Below are positions 29,667 through 38,314 of a stretch of 64,000 nt of DNA, in pieces. The stretch comes from Planctomycetota bacterium (GTDB lineage: Bacteria > Planctomycetota > B15-G4): assembly GCA_029259745.1 (NCBI GenBank), contig JAJDEO010000030.1:47657-111656 (forward strand), written 5' to 3'. A program made the translations under genes and the position numbers. Numbering within the stretch: position 1 is the stretch's first letter; each line of letters begins with the position of its first letter. The notes below the pieces were generated by a model that worked only from the letters and a program-made list of their open reading frames with translations, was not told where the DNA came from and did no database searches.

Positions 29667-30764
29667 ATGACCTTCCGGATCTATCGAGTCCTGGCGTGGA
29701 TCGCGGTTTGTCTCATCGCCGTCGAGGTGGCTCTCGAGGCGCGCGCGCATGCTCGCGGCTGGCCGACGCTGATCTTCGGTGACGACGCCCCGGCCGCCGA
29801 GTCGGAGGCGACGAGCTACGGCCCGACGGACACCTTTCCGTTCCGCAGCCGTATCTACCCGCCGCAGAAGCCCGACGGCGTGACGCGCATCTGGCTCGGG
29901 TCGTCGAGTTACGCCGAAGACGTTCGCCAGCCGCCCGACAAGCTGTTCCTCTCGCTCGCCGAGCGACGCCTGCGGGACGCGGGTCACGACGTCGAGCTGT
30001 TCAACAGTAGCGAGGGTGGATCAAGCACGGTCGAGAACATCGACAGTCTGTTCGATGAGGCAGACGCCTGGAACATCGACGTCGCCGTCCTCTACCAGAT
30101 GACGAACGACATCGACGCCATGACGCAGTTCGTCTTCGGCGGCAGTCCGGGCCAGCCGGTCGTCGACGGCGACTTCGACAGCGTCTTCACGCGGAGCCGC
30201 GCTGCCTCCGGGCGCAGCGCCGTCGAACGCCTACCCGCGGCCGCTGTCACCACGCCGCCGATCAACGACCGCATCATGTCCTCGGTTCAGCGCTTCTTCG
30301 AGAAGACATCGACGTACGCGCAGCTCAAGAACCAGGTCACGGCGCGCCTGACCCGCTCGCGCGTGCTCGCCGATCGCCTCGGCGCTGATGGCAATGCGCT
30401 CATACTCGAGCGCGTCGAAGCTTTCCTCGATGCCTGTGAGGCGCGCGGTATCGAGCCCGTCCTCTGCACCTTCGCCACGAGCCACGTGCCGAGTTCACTC
30501 GGCGACATGCCCGCCGATTCGATCAACAACCTCTTCCGCTACAACATCTACCTGTCTGTCCGTGGCTGGATGACGAGCGTCGAAGAGATCAACGACGGGC
30601 TCCGCGCCCTCGCAGCCGAGCGCGACATCGAACTCATCGACGTGGCCGCAAGCATCACGAACCGCCCCGAGCTGTTCCGCGATTTCACGCACCTCTCGAC
30701 AGAGGGACACGCGGCCGTCGCCGAGGTGTTTGCCGACGGGTTGACGGAGGTGCTCGCGCGATGA
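29667..30764 (+). CDS. membrane-anchored SGNH/GDSL-like hydrolase/acyltransferase
   Basis: N-terminal TM (VLAWIAVCLIAVEVAL). Block I-like WLGSSSY, block III-like YQMTNDID, block V DFTHLSTEGH (DxxH). ATGA overlap with the downstream MBOAT gene. Confidence 0.6.
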   Translation: MTFRIYRVLAWIAVCLIAVEVALEARAHARGWPTLIFGDDAPAAESEATSYGPTDTFPFRSRIYPPQKPDGVTRIWLGSSSYAEDVRQPPDKLFLSLAERRLRDAGHDVELFNSSEGGSSTVENIDSLFDEADAWNIDVAVLYQMTNDIDAMTQFVFGGSPGQPVVDGDFDSVFTRSRAASGRSAVERLPAAAVTTPPINDRIMSSVQRFFEKTSTYAQLKNQVTARLTRSRVLADRLGADGNALILERVEAFLDACEARGIEPVLCTFATSHVPSSLGDMPADSINNLFRYNIYLSVRGWMTSVEEINDGLRALAAERDIELIDVAASITNRPELFRDFTHLSTEGHAAVAEVFADGLTEVLAR

Positions 30765-32164
30765 CGTTCAACTCACCGCAGTACCTCGTCTTCCTCCCGC
30801 TCGTGCTGCTGCTGTACGTGGCGATGCACAAGCGCGAGGCGCGGCGCGACCTTCTGCTGCTCGTCGCCAGCTACGCCTTCTACATGGCGTGGAACTGGAA
30901 GTACGCGGGGCTCATCGCATTCTCGACGCTGATCGATTATCAGCTCGGCCTGACGATGCAGCGCACCGACGAGCAGGGAAAACGCAAGGCGCTGCTCATC
31001 GCCAGCCTCGTGATGAACCTCGGGCTGCTCGCGCTCTTCAAGTACTACAACTTCTTCGTCGACGTCAGCACGAGCGCGTTTGCGCCGTTCGGCGTCGACC
31101 TCTCGAGCTGGCATCACGAACTGCTGCTGCCCGTCGGCATCAGCTTCTACACGTTCCAGACGCTCAGCTACACGATCGACCTCTATCGACGCGAGATCCA
31201 AGCCGAGCCGAACCTGCTGAAGTTCGCGGTGTTCGTGTCGTTCTTTCCGCAGCTCGTCGCCGGACCGATCGTGCGCGCCTCGGAGTTCCTGCCGCAGCTG
31301 CGACGCGAGCCGAGCGTCGACCAGCAGCGTGTGCTCGGCGGCATGTGGCGCATCTTCCGCGGCCTCTTCAAGAAGGTCGTGATCGCCGACCTGCTCGCCG
31401 GCCTCGGCGTCGACGCCGTGTTCGCAAACCCGTCCGAGTTCACGTCGCTCGAGCTCATGCTCGGCCTGTACGGCTACGCGTTCCAGATCTACAACGACTT
31501 CTCGGGTTACAGCGACATCGCGATCGGCACCGCCGCATTGCTCGGCTTCGACATCAACGAGAACTTCAAGCGGCCCTACCTCTCGCAGAACGTCCGCGAG
31601 TTCTGGACGCGCTGGCACATCTCACTGAGTACCTGGCTGCGCGACTACCTCTACATCTCGCTCGGCGGCAACCGCAAGCGCCAGGGCTTCAACATGATGA
31701 TGACGATGTTGCTCGGCGGCCTCTGGCACGGCGCGGCGCTCAACTTCGTCCTCTGGGGCGCCTACCACGGTGCGCTGCTGTCGTTCGCGCGCGGCAAGGA
31801 CAAGCGCGCCTCGGCGAGCACGATGGTCGGCCGTGTCCGCGGCCGGTTCATCACGTTCCACCTCGTGCTCTTCGGCTGGCTGCTCTTCCGCGTGACGAGC
31901 TGGGACAACTTCGTCGAGTTCACATCCGGTCTCGGTCGGCTCACGGTTGCCGGTGCCGAAGGCCTACGCCTCTCGTCGGTCTACATGCTCGTGCTCCTGC
32001 TCGGCGCGGTGCTGCATTTCTCCCCGCCCGAGTGGGTCGACTCGGCGCGCGCACGCTTCACGTCGCTTCCCCAGCCGCTCCAGGCCGGCGCCTACGCCGC
32101 GATGATCCTGCTCCTCGGCGGCCTGACCATCGGCTCGCCGGCGTTCATCTACTTTCAGTTCTGA
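30761..32164 (+). CDS. MBOAT family O-acyltransferase (AlgI/DltB/PatA-like)
   Basis: FYTFQTLSYTIDLYRREI, RWHISLSTWLRDYLYISLGGNR (catalytic His), LLGGLWHGA. Polytopic. Confidence 0.9.
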   Translation: MTFNSPQYLVFLPLVLLLYVAMHKREARRDLLLLVASYAFYMAWNWKYAGLIAFSTLIDYQLGLTMQRTDEQGKRKALLIASLVMNLGLLALFKYYNFFVDVSTSAFAPFGVDLSSWHHELLLPVGISFYTFQTLSYTIDLYRREIQAEPNLLKFAVFVSFFPQLVAGPIVRASEFLPQLRREPSVDQQRVLGGMWRIFRGLFKKVVIADLLAGLGVDAVFANPSEFTSLELMLGLYGYAFQIYNDFSGYSDIAIGTAALLGFDINENFKRPYLSQNVREFWTRWHISLSTWLRDYLYISLGGNRKRQGFNMMMTMLLGGLWHGAALNFVLWGAYHGALLSFARGKDKRASASTMVGRVRGRFITFHLVLFGWLLFRVTSWDNFVEFTSGLGRLTVAGAEGLRLSSVYMLVLLLGAVLHFSPPEWVDSARARFTSLPQPLQAGAYAAMILLLGGLTIGSPAFIYFQF

Positions 32165-32181
32165 GTCTCAGGCCCTGACGC

Positions 32182-33993
32182 TCAGACATCGAGGCCGAGG
32201 CCACGCATGAGCTCCAGCGCGTTGCCTCGTTCCACGACGCCATCGCGCATGCGGTAGTCGAAGACCATCTCGCCGTCGACGACGTGATCCTCGAAGTGGA
32301 CGTTGCGTGCAACGGAGCCGAGGTCATCCGCGAGCTTGGCCAGTGCGAGATCGTGCGTGGTGACGATGCCCACAGCGCCGCGTTCGACGAAGGCGCGGAC
32401 GACGGCCGAGGCGCCGATGAGTCGATCGTGGCTGTTCGTGCCGTGCAGGATCTCGTCGAGCAAGAAGAGCGCGGGCCACTCACTCTTCGTGAGTTGGTCG
32501 ATGTCGCGCAGGCGGGTGATCTCGGCGTAGAAGTGCGACGCGCCCTCGGCCAGCGAGTCCTGGATGCGAATCGACGCGCCGATCGTCAGCGGTGAGAGAC
32601 GCAGCGATTCGGCGCACACGGGCGCGCCGCAGCGGGCGAGCACGACGTTGACACCGACCGAACGCAGCAGCGTGCTCTTGCCCGACATGTTCGAGCCGCT
32701 GACGAGCAAGAGCGCGAGTTGGTCGTGAGCGAGGGCGACGTCGTTGACGACACGCACGTCGCGCGCGAGCAGCGGATGCCCGACGCCGATGCCTTCGAAG
32801 CGCGGACCATCGTCCTCGACGGCGGCCCACGGGTGATCGCATTGCTCGAAGGCATGCGTCCCGAGCGTGGCAAAGGCGTCGACGGCTCCGGCCGCGTCGA
32901 TCCATGCGTCGATCGACGCGGCGATTCCGAGTCGCGCCTCGGCGACGCGCCGCTCGAACAACGGGCGCAGCTGGAGCAGTCCGGAAATCGGGGCGAACCA
33001 CGGGTTGCGCTCGGCCTCGAGCACGCGCTGGACGCGTCGGTCGAGGTCGCGCACACGCAACGACGGCGCATCGCCGTCGACCCGAACCGATTCGGCGAGC
33101 GACTGCAGCGCCGTCGTGCGAAACGTGTGCGTTTCGAGCAACTCGAGCACGTCGGCGAGCAAGCCGAGTTCGTTGCACGCGCGCGAGGCCGCGTCCGTCC
33201 AGCCCTCGCGCGACCTGGCGCGCTGCTTCGAGACGAAGATCTCGACGAGCACGACGATCAGGAACGGGAAGGCCGCGATCTCGAGCCATAGCAAGAGCCC
33301 CGTGATGACGGCGAGCGTCCCCAGCACGGACGCGACGAGGAGCGTGCCGCGCGACGGGGCATCGGAGGGAGCCTGCATCCATGCGCGCAGCGCGGCGGGG
33401 TCGAGTCGCTCGGCCACGTCGTCGCCAAGAAGCCCGACCCGCTCGCAGAGGTCGCGCTCGGCAGTCATCTCTTCGACAGCCTCGCGCCGCGCACGCATGA
33501 CGTCGGCGCCGACCGGAGTGACGAACCAGCGAGCAAGCGTCGCCTCCCCGAGCGTCGTGCGCGCCGGCCCGATCCACTGGAACAGCGACGCCTGGCCGAA
33601 AAGGTCGAGGTCGTGCGCGCAGACGTCGATGGCCTCGACCGACGCCGGGCCTTCCGACCCGTGGCCTGCCCAGTCGCCGTCCATGCGCCCGGCTGCGCGC
33701 TCGTAAAGCGCGACCCCACGCTGCGCCGCCGCGAGTCGTTCGAGCACGCGACCGTGCCAGAGGACGAGCGCGAGGAATGCGAGCGGCAGGCCGATCAACC
33801 AGCCGAGCAGGCCGTGGTCGCCCGACGCAGCCCACCAGAGCGCGCCACCTCCGCCGAGGAACACGACGAGCCGCGCGTGCGAGACGTAGCCCTCGATGCG
33901 CTTCTCGTCGGCAACGGCCGAGCGCCAACGCGCCAGACGCGACTCGATGTCGGCGAGCACGCCTTCGCGTGTGCCACGTTCGTCACGGTTCAT
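32182..33993 (-). CDS. membrane-anchored MutS-domain-V (ABC-type) ATPase, MutS-related protein without mismatch-binding or nuclease domain
   Basis: Start reset to MNRDERGT (ATGA overlap). About 4 TM segments in the N-terminal half. Walker A GSNMSGKST, Walker B LFLLDEILHGTNS, TTHDL. Confidence 0.8.
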   Translation of the reverse strand: MNRDERGTREGVLADIESRLARWRSAVADEKRIEGYVSHARLVVFLGGGGALWWAASGDHGLLGWLIGLPLAFLALVLWHGRVLERLAAAQRGVALYERAAGRMDGDWAGHGSEGPASVEAIDVCAHDLDLFGQASLFQWIGPARTTLGEATLARWFVTPVGADVMRARREAVEEMTAERDLCERVGLLGDDVAERLDPAALRAWMQAPSDAPSRGTLLVASVLGTLAVITGLLLWLEIAAFPFLIVVLVEIFVSKQRARSREGWTDAASRACNELGLLADVLELLETHTFRTTALQSLAESVRVDGDAPSLRVRDLDRRVQRVLEAERNPWFAPISGLLQLRPLFERRVAEARLGIAASIDAWIDAAGAVDAFATLGTHAFEQCDHPWAAVEDDGPRFEGIGVGHPLLARDVRVVNDVALAHDQLALLLVSGSNMSGKSTLLRSVGVNVVLARCGAPVCAESLRLSPLTIGASIRIQDSLAEGASHFYAEITRLRDIDQLTKSEWPALFLLDEILHGTNSHDRLIGASAVVRAFVERGAVGIVTTHDLALAKLADDLGSVARNVHFEDHVVDGEMVFDYRMRDGVVERGNALELMRGLGLDV

Positions 33994-34946
33994 GGTGCGG
34001 TCCGGTCGTCGGAGAGGAAGTCGATGAGGGCTCGGTTCACGGCGTCGGGTTCTTCGTGCTGGAGCCAGTGCGTGGCGTTCTCGAAGAGCGTCAGTTCGCC
34101 CGCGTCGCAGTGTTCCAGACTGGCGTGGGCAAGTTCGACCCCGAGGAATGCATCCCGCACGCCCCAGAGGATGCGCACGGGGCAGTGGATCTGCGGATCC
34201 TCGAGACGCGAGTGCCGACGAGCGGCCGATCGATACCAGTGGATCATCGCGCGCAGCGCACCGGGCCGACTCCACGCCGCGCGGTAGTGCTCGAGATCAG
34301 CGTCCGTGAACGTACCCGGCCGAGAGCTCCCGCGGAGCGTGCGCGCAACGAGGGCACCGCGCCGCAAGCCGATCAACCATTCGGGGAGCCACGGGATCTG
34401 GAAGAAGACGATGTACCAGCTGCGCAGCATCTGGGCTGGGCTTCGGAGAAGCGCGCGTTCCATCGCCATCGGGTGCGGGACGTTGAGGATCCCGAGGCGG
34501 GTGATGCGTGCGGGATGGCGGGCGGCCGTCCACCAAGCCACGGCCGCTCCCCAGTCGTGCCCGACGACAGCGGCCCGTTCGACACCCGCCGCGTCGATGA
34601 GGTCGACGACATCGTCGGAAAGACGGTCGAGCGCGTAGTCACGCACGCGCGGCAGCCGGTCGCTCTCGCCGTAGCCGCGTTGGTCGGGGACCCACACGCG
34701 AAAACCGGCCTCGACCAGGGGCGTGATCTGATGCCGCCATCCGAAGCAATCCTCCGGGAAGCCATGCAGGAGGACGACGAGTGGAGCGTCCTCGTCCCCC
34801 GCCGTGATCACATGGAGACACACGCCATCGTGCGTCTCGACCTGCCGATGGCAGAAACGCGCAGAGGGTTTCGTCAATTCTCCCTGCGCTATTCCCCGAT
34901 CTGTCTCTACTTGATTCACCGCGCTTTCACCGCCTGTCACTTTCAC
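33990..34946 (-). CDS. alpha/beta hydrolase, epoxide-hydrolase/dehalogenase-like
   Basis: LLHGFPEDCFGWRHQ, nucleophile elbow VVGHDWGAAVAWW, C-terminal ATHWLQHEEP. The first ~25 codons from the GTG at 34946 have low GC3, so the true start may be downstream (about 34880-34920). Confidence 0.85.
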   Translation of the reverse strand: MKVTGGESAVNQVETDRGIAQGELTKPSARFCHRQVETHDGVCLHVITAGDEDAPLVVLLHGFPEDCFGWRHQITPLVEAGFRVWVPDQRGYGESDRLPRVRDYALDRLSDDVVDLIDAAGVERAAVVGHDWGAAVAWWTAARHPARITRLGILNVPHPMAMERALLRSPAQMLRSWYIVFFQIPWLPEWLIGLRRGALVARTLRGSSRPGTFTDADLEHYRAAWSRPGALRAMIHWYRSAARRHSRLEDPQIHCPVRILWGVRDAFLGVELAHASLEHCDAGELTLFENATHWLQHEEPDAVNRALIDFLSDDRTAP

Positions 34947-35037
34947 GACTCCGCGGTGTCCCTGCCATAAGGAGAGAAGACGTATTTCTCGTCGTGTTGT
35001 CGCGTAGGAGCGACGACATGTCAGTTATTCGCGTTCT

Positions 35038-35053
35038 CGGCACGGGGCTTGCA
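35038..35053 (+). promoter_or_regulatory. candidate sigma-54 (-24/-12) promoter
   Basis: CGGCACGGGGCTTGCA: GG and GC at the canonical spacing with a perfect TTGCA -12 element. It lies in a 313-bp divergent intergenic region, about 205 nt upstream of the 35260 ATG. Confidence 0.5.
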
Positions 35054-35259
35054 GTAAGGACTTTCCGTCCAAGGCAGCCCTCGCACCGAGACGTGAATCG
35101 CGCTGAGGACACCATTCGCTGTTCACCTTTGCTACCGCTTCCGTCAGTCGTCGTTTCAATGCGTTGCGTTCTCCGACCTCGCACGAAACGTCAGGCTAGG
35201 CTTACCTCACCGGCGCAGGGACCTTGACCCCGAGCACCGTTCACCGAGGACACACCACC

Positions 35260-36132
35260 ATGATCCGCACTCTTTTCAGCGCACCAAGCGCCCTCTCGCT
35301 CGCTCTCTGTCTCGCGGTTGCTCCGTCTACGTTCGCACAAGACACCGTGACGACGCAGGCTCAGGCCCGCAAGGAGCTCGTGTCGGTCATTCGTGACCAA
35401 ACGAAGAGCCACCGCGAGGTCCTCCGCGAAGCGTATGGCTCGCTCAACGACAAACTGAAGATCGTCGAAGCTGCCGCGAAGAGCGGTTCGATGACTGCTG
35501 ACGAGATGGCGCGCGACGTTCACCAAGCGCTCCGGTCGTTCGTCGGACTCATGAAGACGCTCACCGCGTTCGTCGCGAGTGAGGTTTCCGTCGACGCCGG
35601 TGACATCCTCGCCGAGCTCGATCCGGACGAATACTCCGTTCACTTCTCGACGGGGTCGGGACGCGACCTCGACCGCGCGCTCGAGCGCCTCGAAAAGGCG
35701 AACGCCGGATACGCGAAGAAGATCACCAAGCGCATCGCCTCCACGGCGCGCAAGGTCAGCAAGCTCGGCTACGAGCTCACGGCTCGCGTCGTCACCGACC
35801 TCCCCGTCGGGATCGCACCGAACGCGGAGTTCTCCTACACGTCGCTGAACTTCGACACGATCATCGACGTGCTCGTGGGCTGCAGCCACGCCGACGAATC
35901 GGGTGACGGCACGCTCGTCGTCGGTGGCATCTCGAACCCGGCCAAGGGGCTGGACATCACCGTGCAGATCAACGGCGCCGACGGTGCCGAGATCACGACG
36001 ATGACGGCGATCACCGGCGACCGCTGGGTCGTCGTGTTCGACAGCAGCGAGACGCCGATGCCGGAGGGCAACTACCGCGTGATCGCGGTGCACGAGAGCA
36101 CGCGCGTCGGGACGACCATGGGTTTGCGCTGA
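35260..36132 (+). CDS. secreted protein of unknown function
   Basis: MIRTLFSAPSALSLALCLAVAPSTFAQ signal peptide. GAGGA 10 nt upstream. High GC3. Confidence 0.65.
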   Translation: MIRTLFSAPSALSLALCLAVAPSTFAQDTVTTQAQARKELVSVIRDQTKSHREVLREAYGSLNDKLKIVEAAAKSGSMTADEMARDVHQALRSFVGLMKTLTAFVASEVSVDAGDILAELDPDEYSVHFSTGSGRDLDRALERLEKANAGYAKKITKRIASTARKVSKLGYELTARVVTDLPVGIAPNAEFSYTSLNFDTIIDVLVGCSHADESGDGTLVVGGISNPAKGLDITVQINGADGAEITTMTAITGDRWVVVFDSSETPMPEGNYRVIAVHESTRVGTTMGLR

Positions 36133-36167
36133 GCCGCACCACACCACCTAACGCGACCGCCGCACCA

Positions 36168-36202
36168 CGCAGCGCGCCGAACCCTTCGTTCGGCGCGCTG
36201 CG
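36168..36202. terminator. bidirectional stem-loop between convergent genes
   Basis: CGCAGCGCGCCGAAC-ccttc-GTTCGGCGCGCTGCG: a perfect 15-bp stem with a 5-nt loop. Confidence 0.65.
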
Positions 36203-36250
36203 GGCGTTCCCGTCAGCCCCCCGGAGGCCCCGGCGCTCAGATGCGCCCGA

Positions 36251-36430
36251 TCAGGCGTCGTTCGGGTGGACCCAGTACCACACCACGACCACCACGCGAC
36301 TGCCCTCGTTCGAGTGGCTGATGGACGCGAGGCGTTCAGGCCCCAGGGACGTCGCGAACTCAGCGGCCTCCTCACAGACGTCGCCGACGCTCTTGTTGTT
36401 GCTGCTGAACACCTTCACTGACAGCGACAT
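36251..36430 (-). CDS. small hypothetical protein (59 aa)
   Basis: MSLSVKVFSSNNKSVGDVCEEAAEF... AGGAG lies 7 nt upstream of this ATG. High GC3. No recognised family. Confidence 0.55.
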   Translation of the reverse strand: MSLSVKVFSSNNKSVGDVCEEAAEFATSLGPERLASISHSNEGSRVVVVVWYWVHPNDA

Positions 36431-36488
36431 GCCCTGCTCCTGCACTCGAGTAGACGACGCCTTGGCGCCGAGAAGCGTCCCACGCTAA

Positions 36489-36645
36489 TGGTGTGATTCA
36501 AAAGTTCGCGTCATTTGTTTCACGCCTCCTCGCCGCTGGCTGTGTTGCATCTCCTCGACGAATCCACCAGTTCGCCTGCGGCGATGCGCCTTGCCAGCGA
36601 CGACGATGACCCAAACCTAATTTCGCGAACGTTTGAATCACACCA
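36489..36645. repeat. 157-bp element bounded by 22-nt (21/22) inverted repeats, extendable imperfectly to about 33 nt
   Basis: TGGTGTGATTCAAAAGTTCGCG (36489-36510) versus CGCGAACGTTTGAATCACACCA (36624-36645). Nested complementary segments inside: CGCTGGC/GCCAGCG and GCATC/GATGC. GC is locally low. Confidence 0.7.
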
Positions 36646-36738
36646 CGAGCACGTCAAAACGTGCTCCCCAAAACGACGGCGAGGCCGCCCCAGAAACTGG
36701 AGCGACCTCGCCGAGCCCGCTAAGCGGGAAGAGAGCGT

Positions 36739-36945
36739 TCAGGCCTTCTGAACGTTCTCAGCTGCCGGGCCCTTCTTGCCCTGCACCATCTCGTAGGTGA
36801 CGCGGTCACCTTCGGCGAGGGTGCGGAAACCGTCGGCCTGAATGGCCGAATGGTGCACGAAGCAGTCAGCACTCCCGTCGTCGGGAGAGATGAAGCCGAA
36901 GCCCTTCGTGTCGTTGAACCACTTAACTGTACCGGTGTTGCTCAT
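36739..36945 (-). CDS. csp: cold-shock protein (CspA family)
   Basis: [32 protein letters not shown] contains the RNP1 and RNP2 motifs. 68 aa. AAGG RBS. Confidence 0.96.
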   Translation of the reverse strand: MSNTGTVKWFNDTKGFGFISPDDGSADCFVHHSAIQADGFRTLAEGDRVTYEMVQGKKGPAAENVQKA

Positions 36946-37703
36946 GTGTAACCTTATTACTGATGTGTCTCCCAGCGACTGCTCGCGCAGCGCATCCGGG
37001 TCGCGGAACTAAAACCTCCCGCGTGAGGTGCGCGCCTTCCAGGCAACGTGCCTTTCCGACGAGCAAGGCTTCGAAGTCTTCAGCAAGCGTCCCGGCGATG
37101 CCGGGAGACGAGCATCCGTCTCGAAGCCTGTGCCGGACAACGTGCCCGGCATAACGCCTATCCTGTAGCACAAGCCACCCAGACGCCAGCAAATAGTGCG
37201 GAGATGCTGGGGCGAATCGAACAAGTCGATCCCTCTCGATTCGTTCACACTCGGAGTCTTCGGGCCGCTATCTACCCGCACAGCCCCGAACCAACGGAGC
37301 GCTCCGACCGGCAACGGGCCGCCACGCCGCGCTCGCACGTGCCCGGACGCTCCTCTTCGGCCAGCCCCGAGCCCGTCGCTCGCCCGGCATCTCGCGCCCG
37401 GAACACACCCTCGGGGCTTCAGGCCGCAGCGGAACCTCGTGGGCTCGATCGCCGGTGAAAGGGTCTGGAGACGACCCGACCGCGGTGGCGGCCCCGTGTT
37501 CCATGGGCGCGACTCGCTCTCCCTCGGGCCGGCACCGAGGCGGGTCGCCCGCTTCGACGGACCGGTCGTCACCTTCCGCCGCGCAAGCAGCGGCGCCGAC
37601 GACAGGGCGCGACCGTCCGTCGCCGGGCGCAGGCACCAGGCACGCCCCACGGCCGTCTGCTCACTTCCCCGGCGAAGCGCGTGTCGAAAGCGGCGCGCGA
37701 TCT

Positions 37704-37722
37704 GGCCGTCGCGAACGCGGCC
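37704..37722 (-). terminator. possible hairpin terminator after the ACT-domain gene
   Basis: On the minus strand, GGCCGCG-UUCG-CG(A)CGGCC (UUCG tetraloop, 1-nt bulge), about 30 nt after the stop. No U-tract. Confidence 0.3.
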
Positions 37723-37752
37723 GGGGCTCGACGCTGACCATCGCGACTCGTC

Positions 37753-38202
37753 TCAGAGGTCGTCCTGACCGATGAGGCGGAAGCCCTGCTCGGTGAGAAT
37801 CTCCTCGGCGACGTCCGGATCCTCGGCGTGGAGCGCGACGATCGTGCGGCCGCGCTTCTGCGTGATCAGCGTGTAGACGTAGTGCACGTTGAGCTCGCGC
37901 AGGAGCATCGCCTTGAGCACACGTCCGATGCCCACCTCGGACGGGAGCACGACGCCGATGAGGTCGGCGTCGACGACGCTATACCCCTCCGTGATCAGCA
38001 TCTGCTGGGCGAGTGTCGGTTTGTCGACGACGACCCGCACCACGGCATGGTCGGCGGCATCGACGATCGACACGGCGCAGAGCTTGATGTCGTGGGCATC
38101 GAAGATCCGATGCACCATGAGCAACTGACCGAGCCGATTCGGCAGGAAGATCGACAGTTGCTTGATGTGATGGTTGTCACGGTCTTCCGTGATATCGAAC
38201 AT
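37753..38202 (-). CDS. ACT-domain (small-molecule-binding) protein
   Basis: Start reset to MFDITEDRD. Two beta-alpha-beta-beta-alpha-beta-like halves (KQLSIFLPNRLGQLLMVHRIF.. and IGVVLPSEVGIGRVLKAML..). Confidence 0.6.
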   Translation of the reverse strand: MFDITEDRDNHHIKQLSIFLPNRLGQLLMVHRIFDAHDIKLCAVSIVDAADHAVVRVVVDKPTLAQQMLITEGYSVVDADLIGVVLPSEVGIGRVLKAMLLRELNVHYVYTLITQKRGRTIVALHAEDPDVAEEILTEQGFRLIGQDDL

Positions 38203-38314
38203 ATCGGTGTCTCCGGTGCCGAGTGTCGCACATCGACACGCGTCGTTCGCCCATCGAGAGATGGAGGCGGCGACCTTTACAGCCGTTCGCGCGGCACCTT
38301 TCCGAGATCGCCCC

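Noticed and set aside
36515-36751. 78-aa plus-strand ORF spanning the inverted-repeat element and the csp 3' end.
   Set aside because: It has low GC3, no RBS, overlaps the csp stop region on the opposite strand, and lies inside a palindromic non-coding-looking element.
37205-37290. tRNA- or tmRNA-like look on the minus strand: a GGGGC...GCCCCA pairing and a GTTCGATTC T-loop-like string.
   Set aside because: I could not build a cloverleaf. The acceptor pairing is only 5 bp, the putative T-stem fails after one or two pairs, there is no D-arm and no CCA context. It is better explained as palindromic GAATCGA/TCGATTC hairpins in the csp upstream region.
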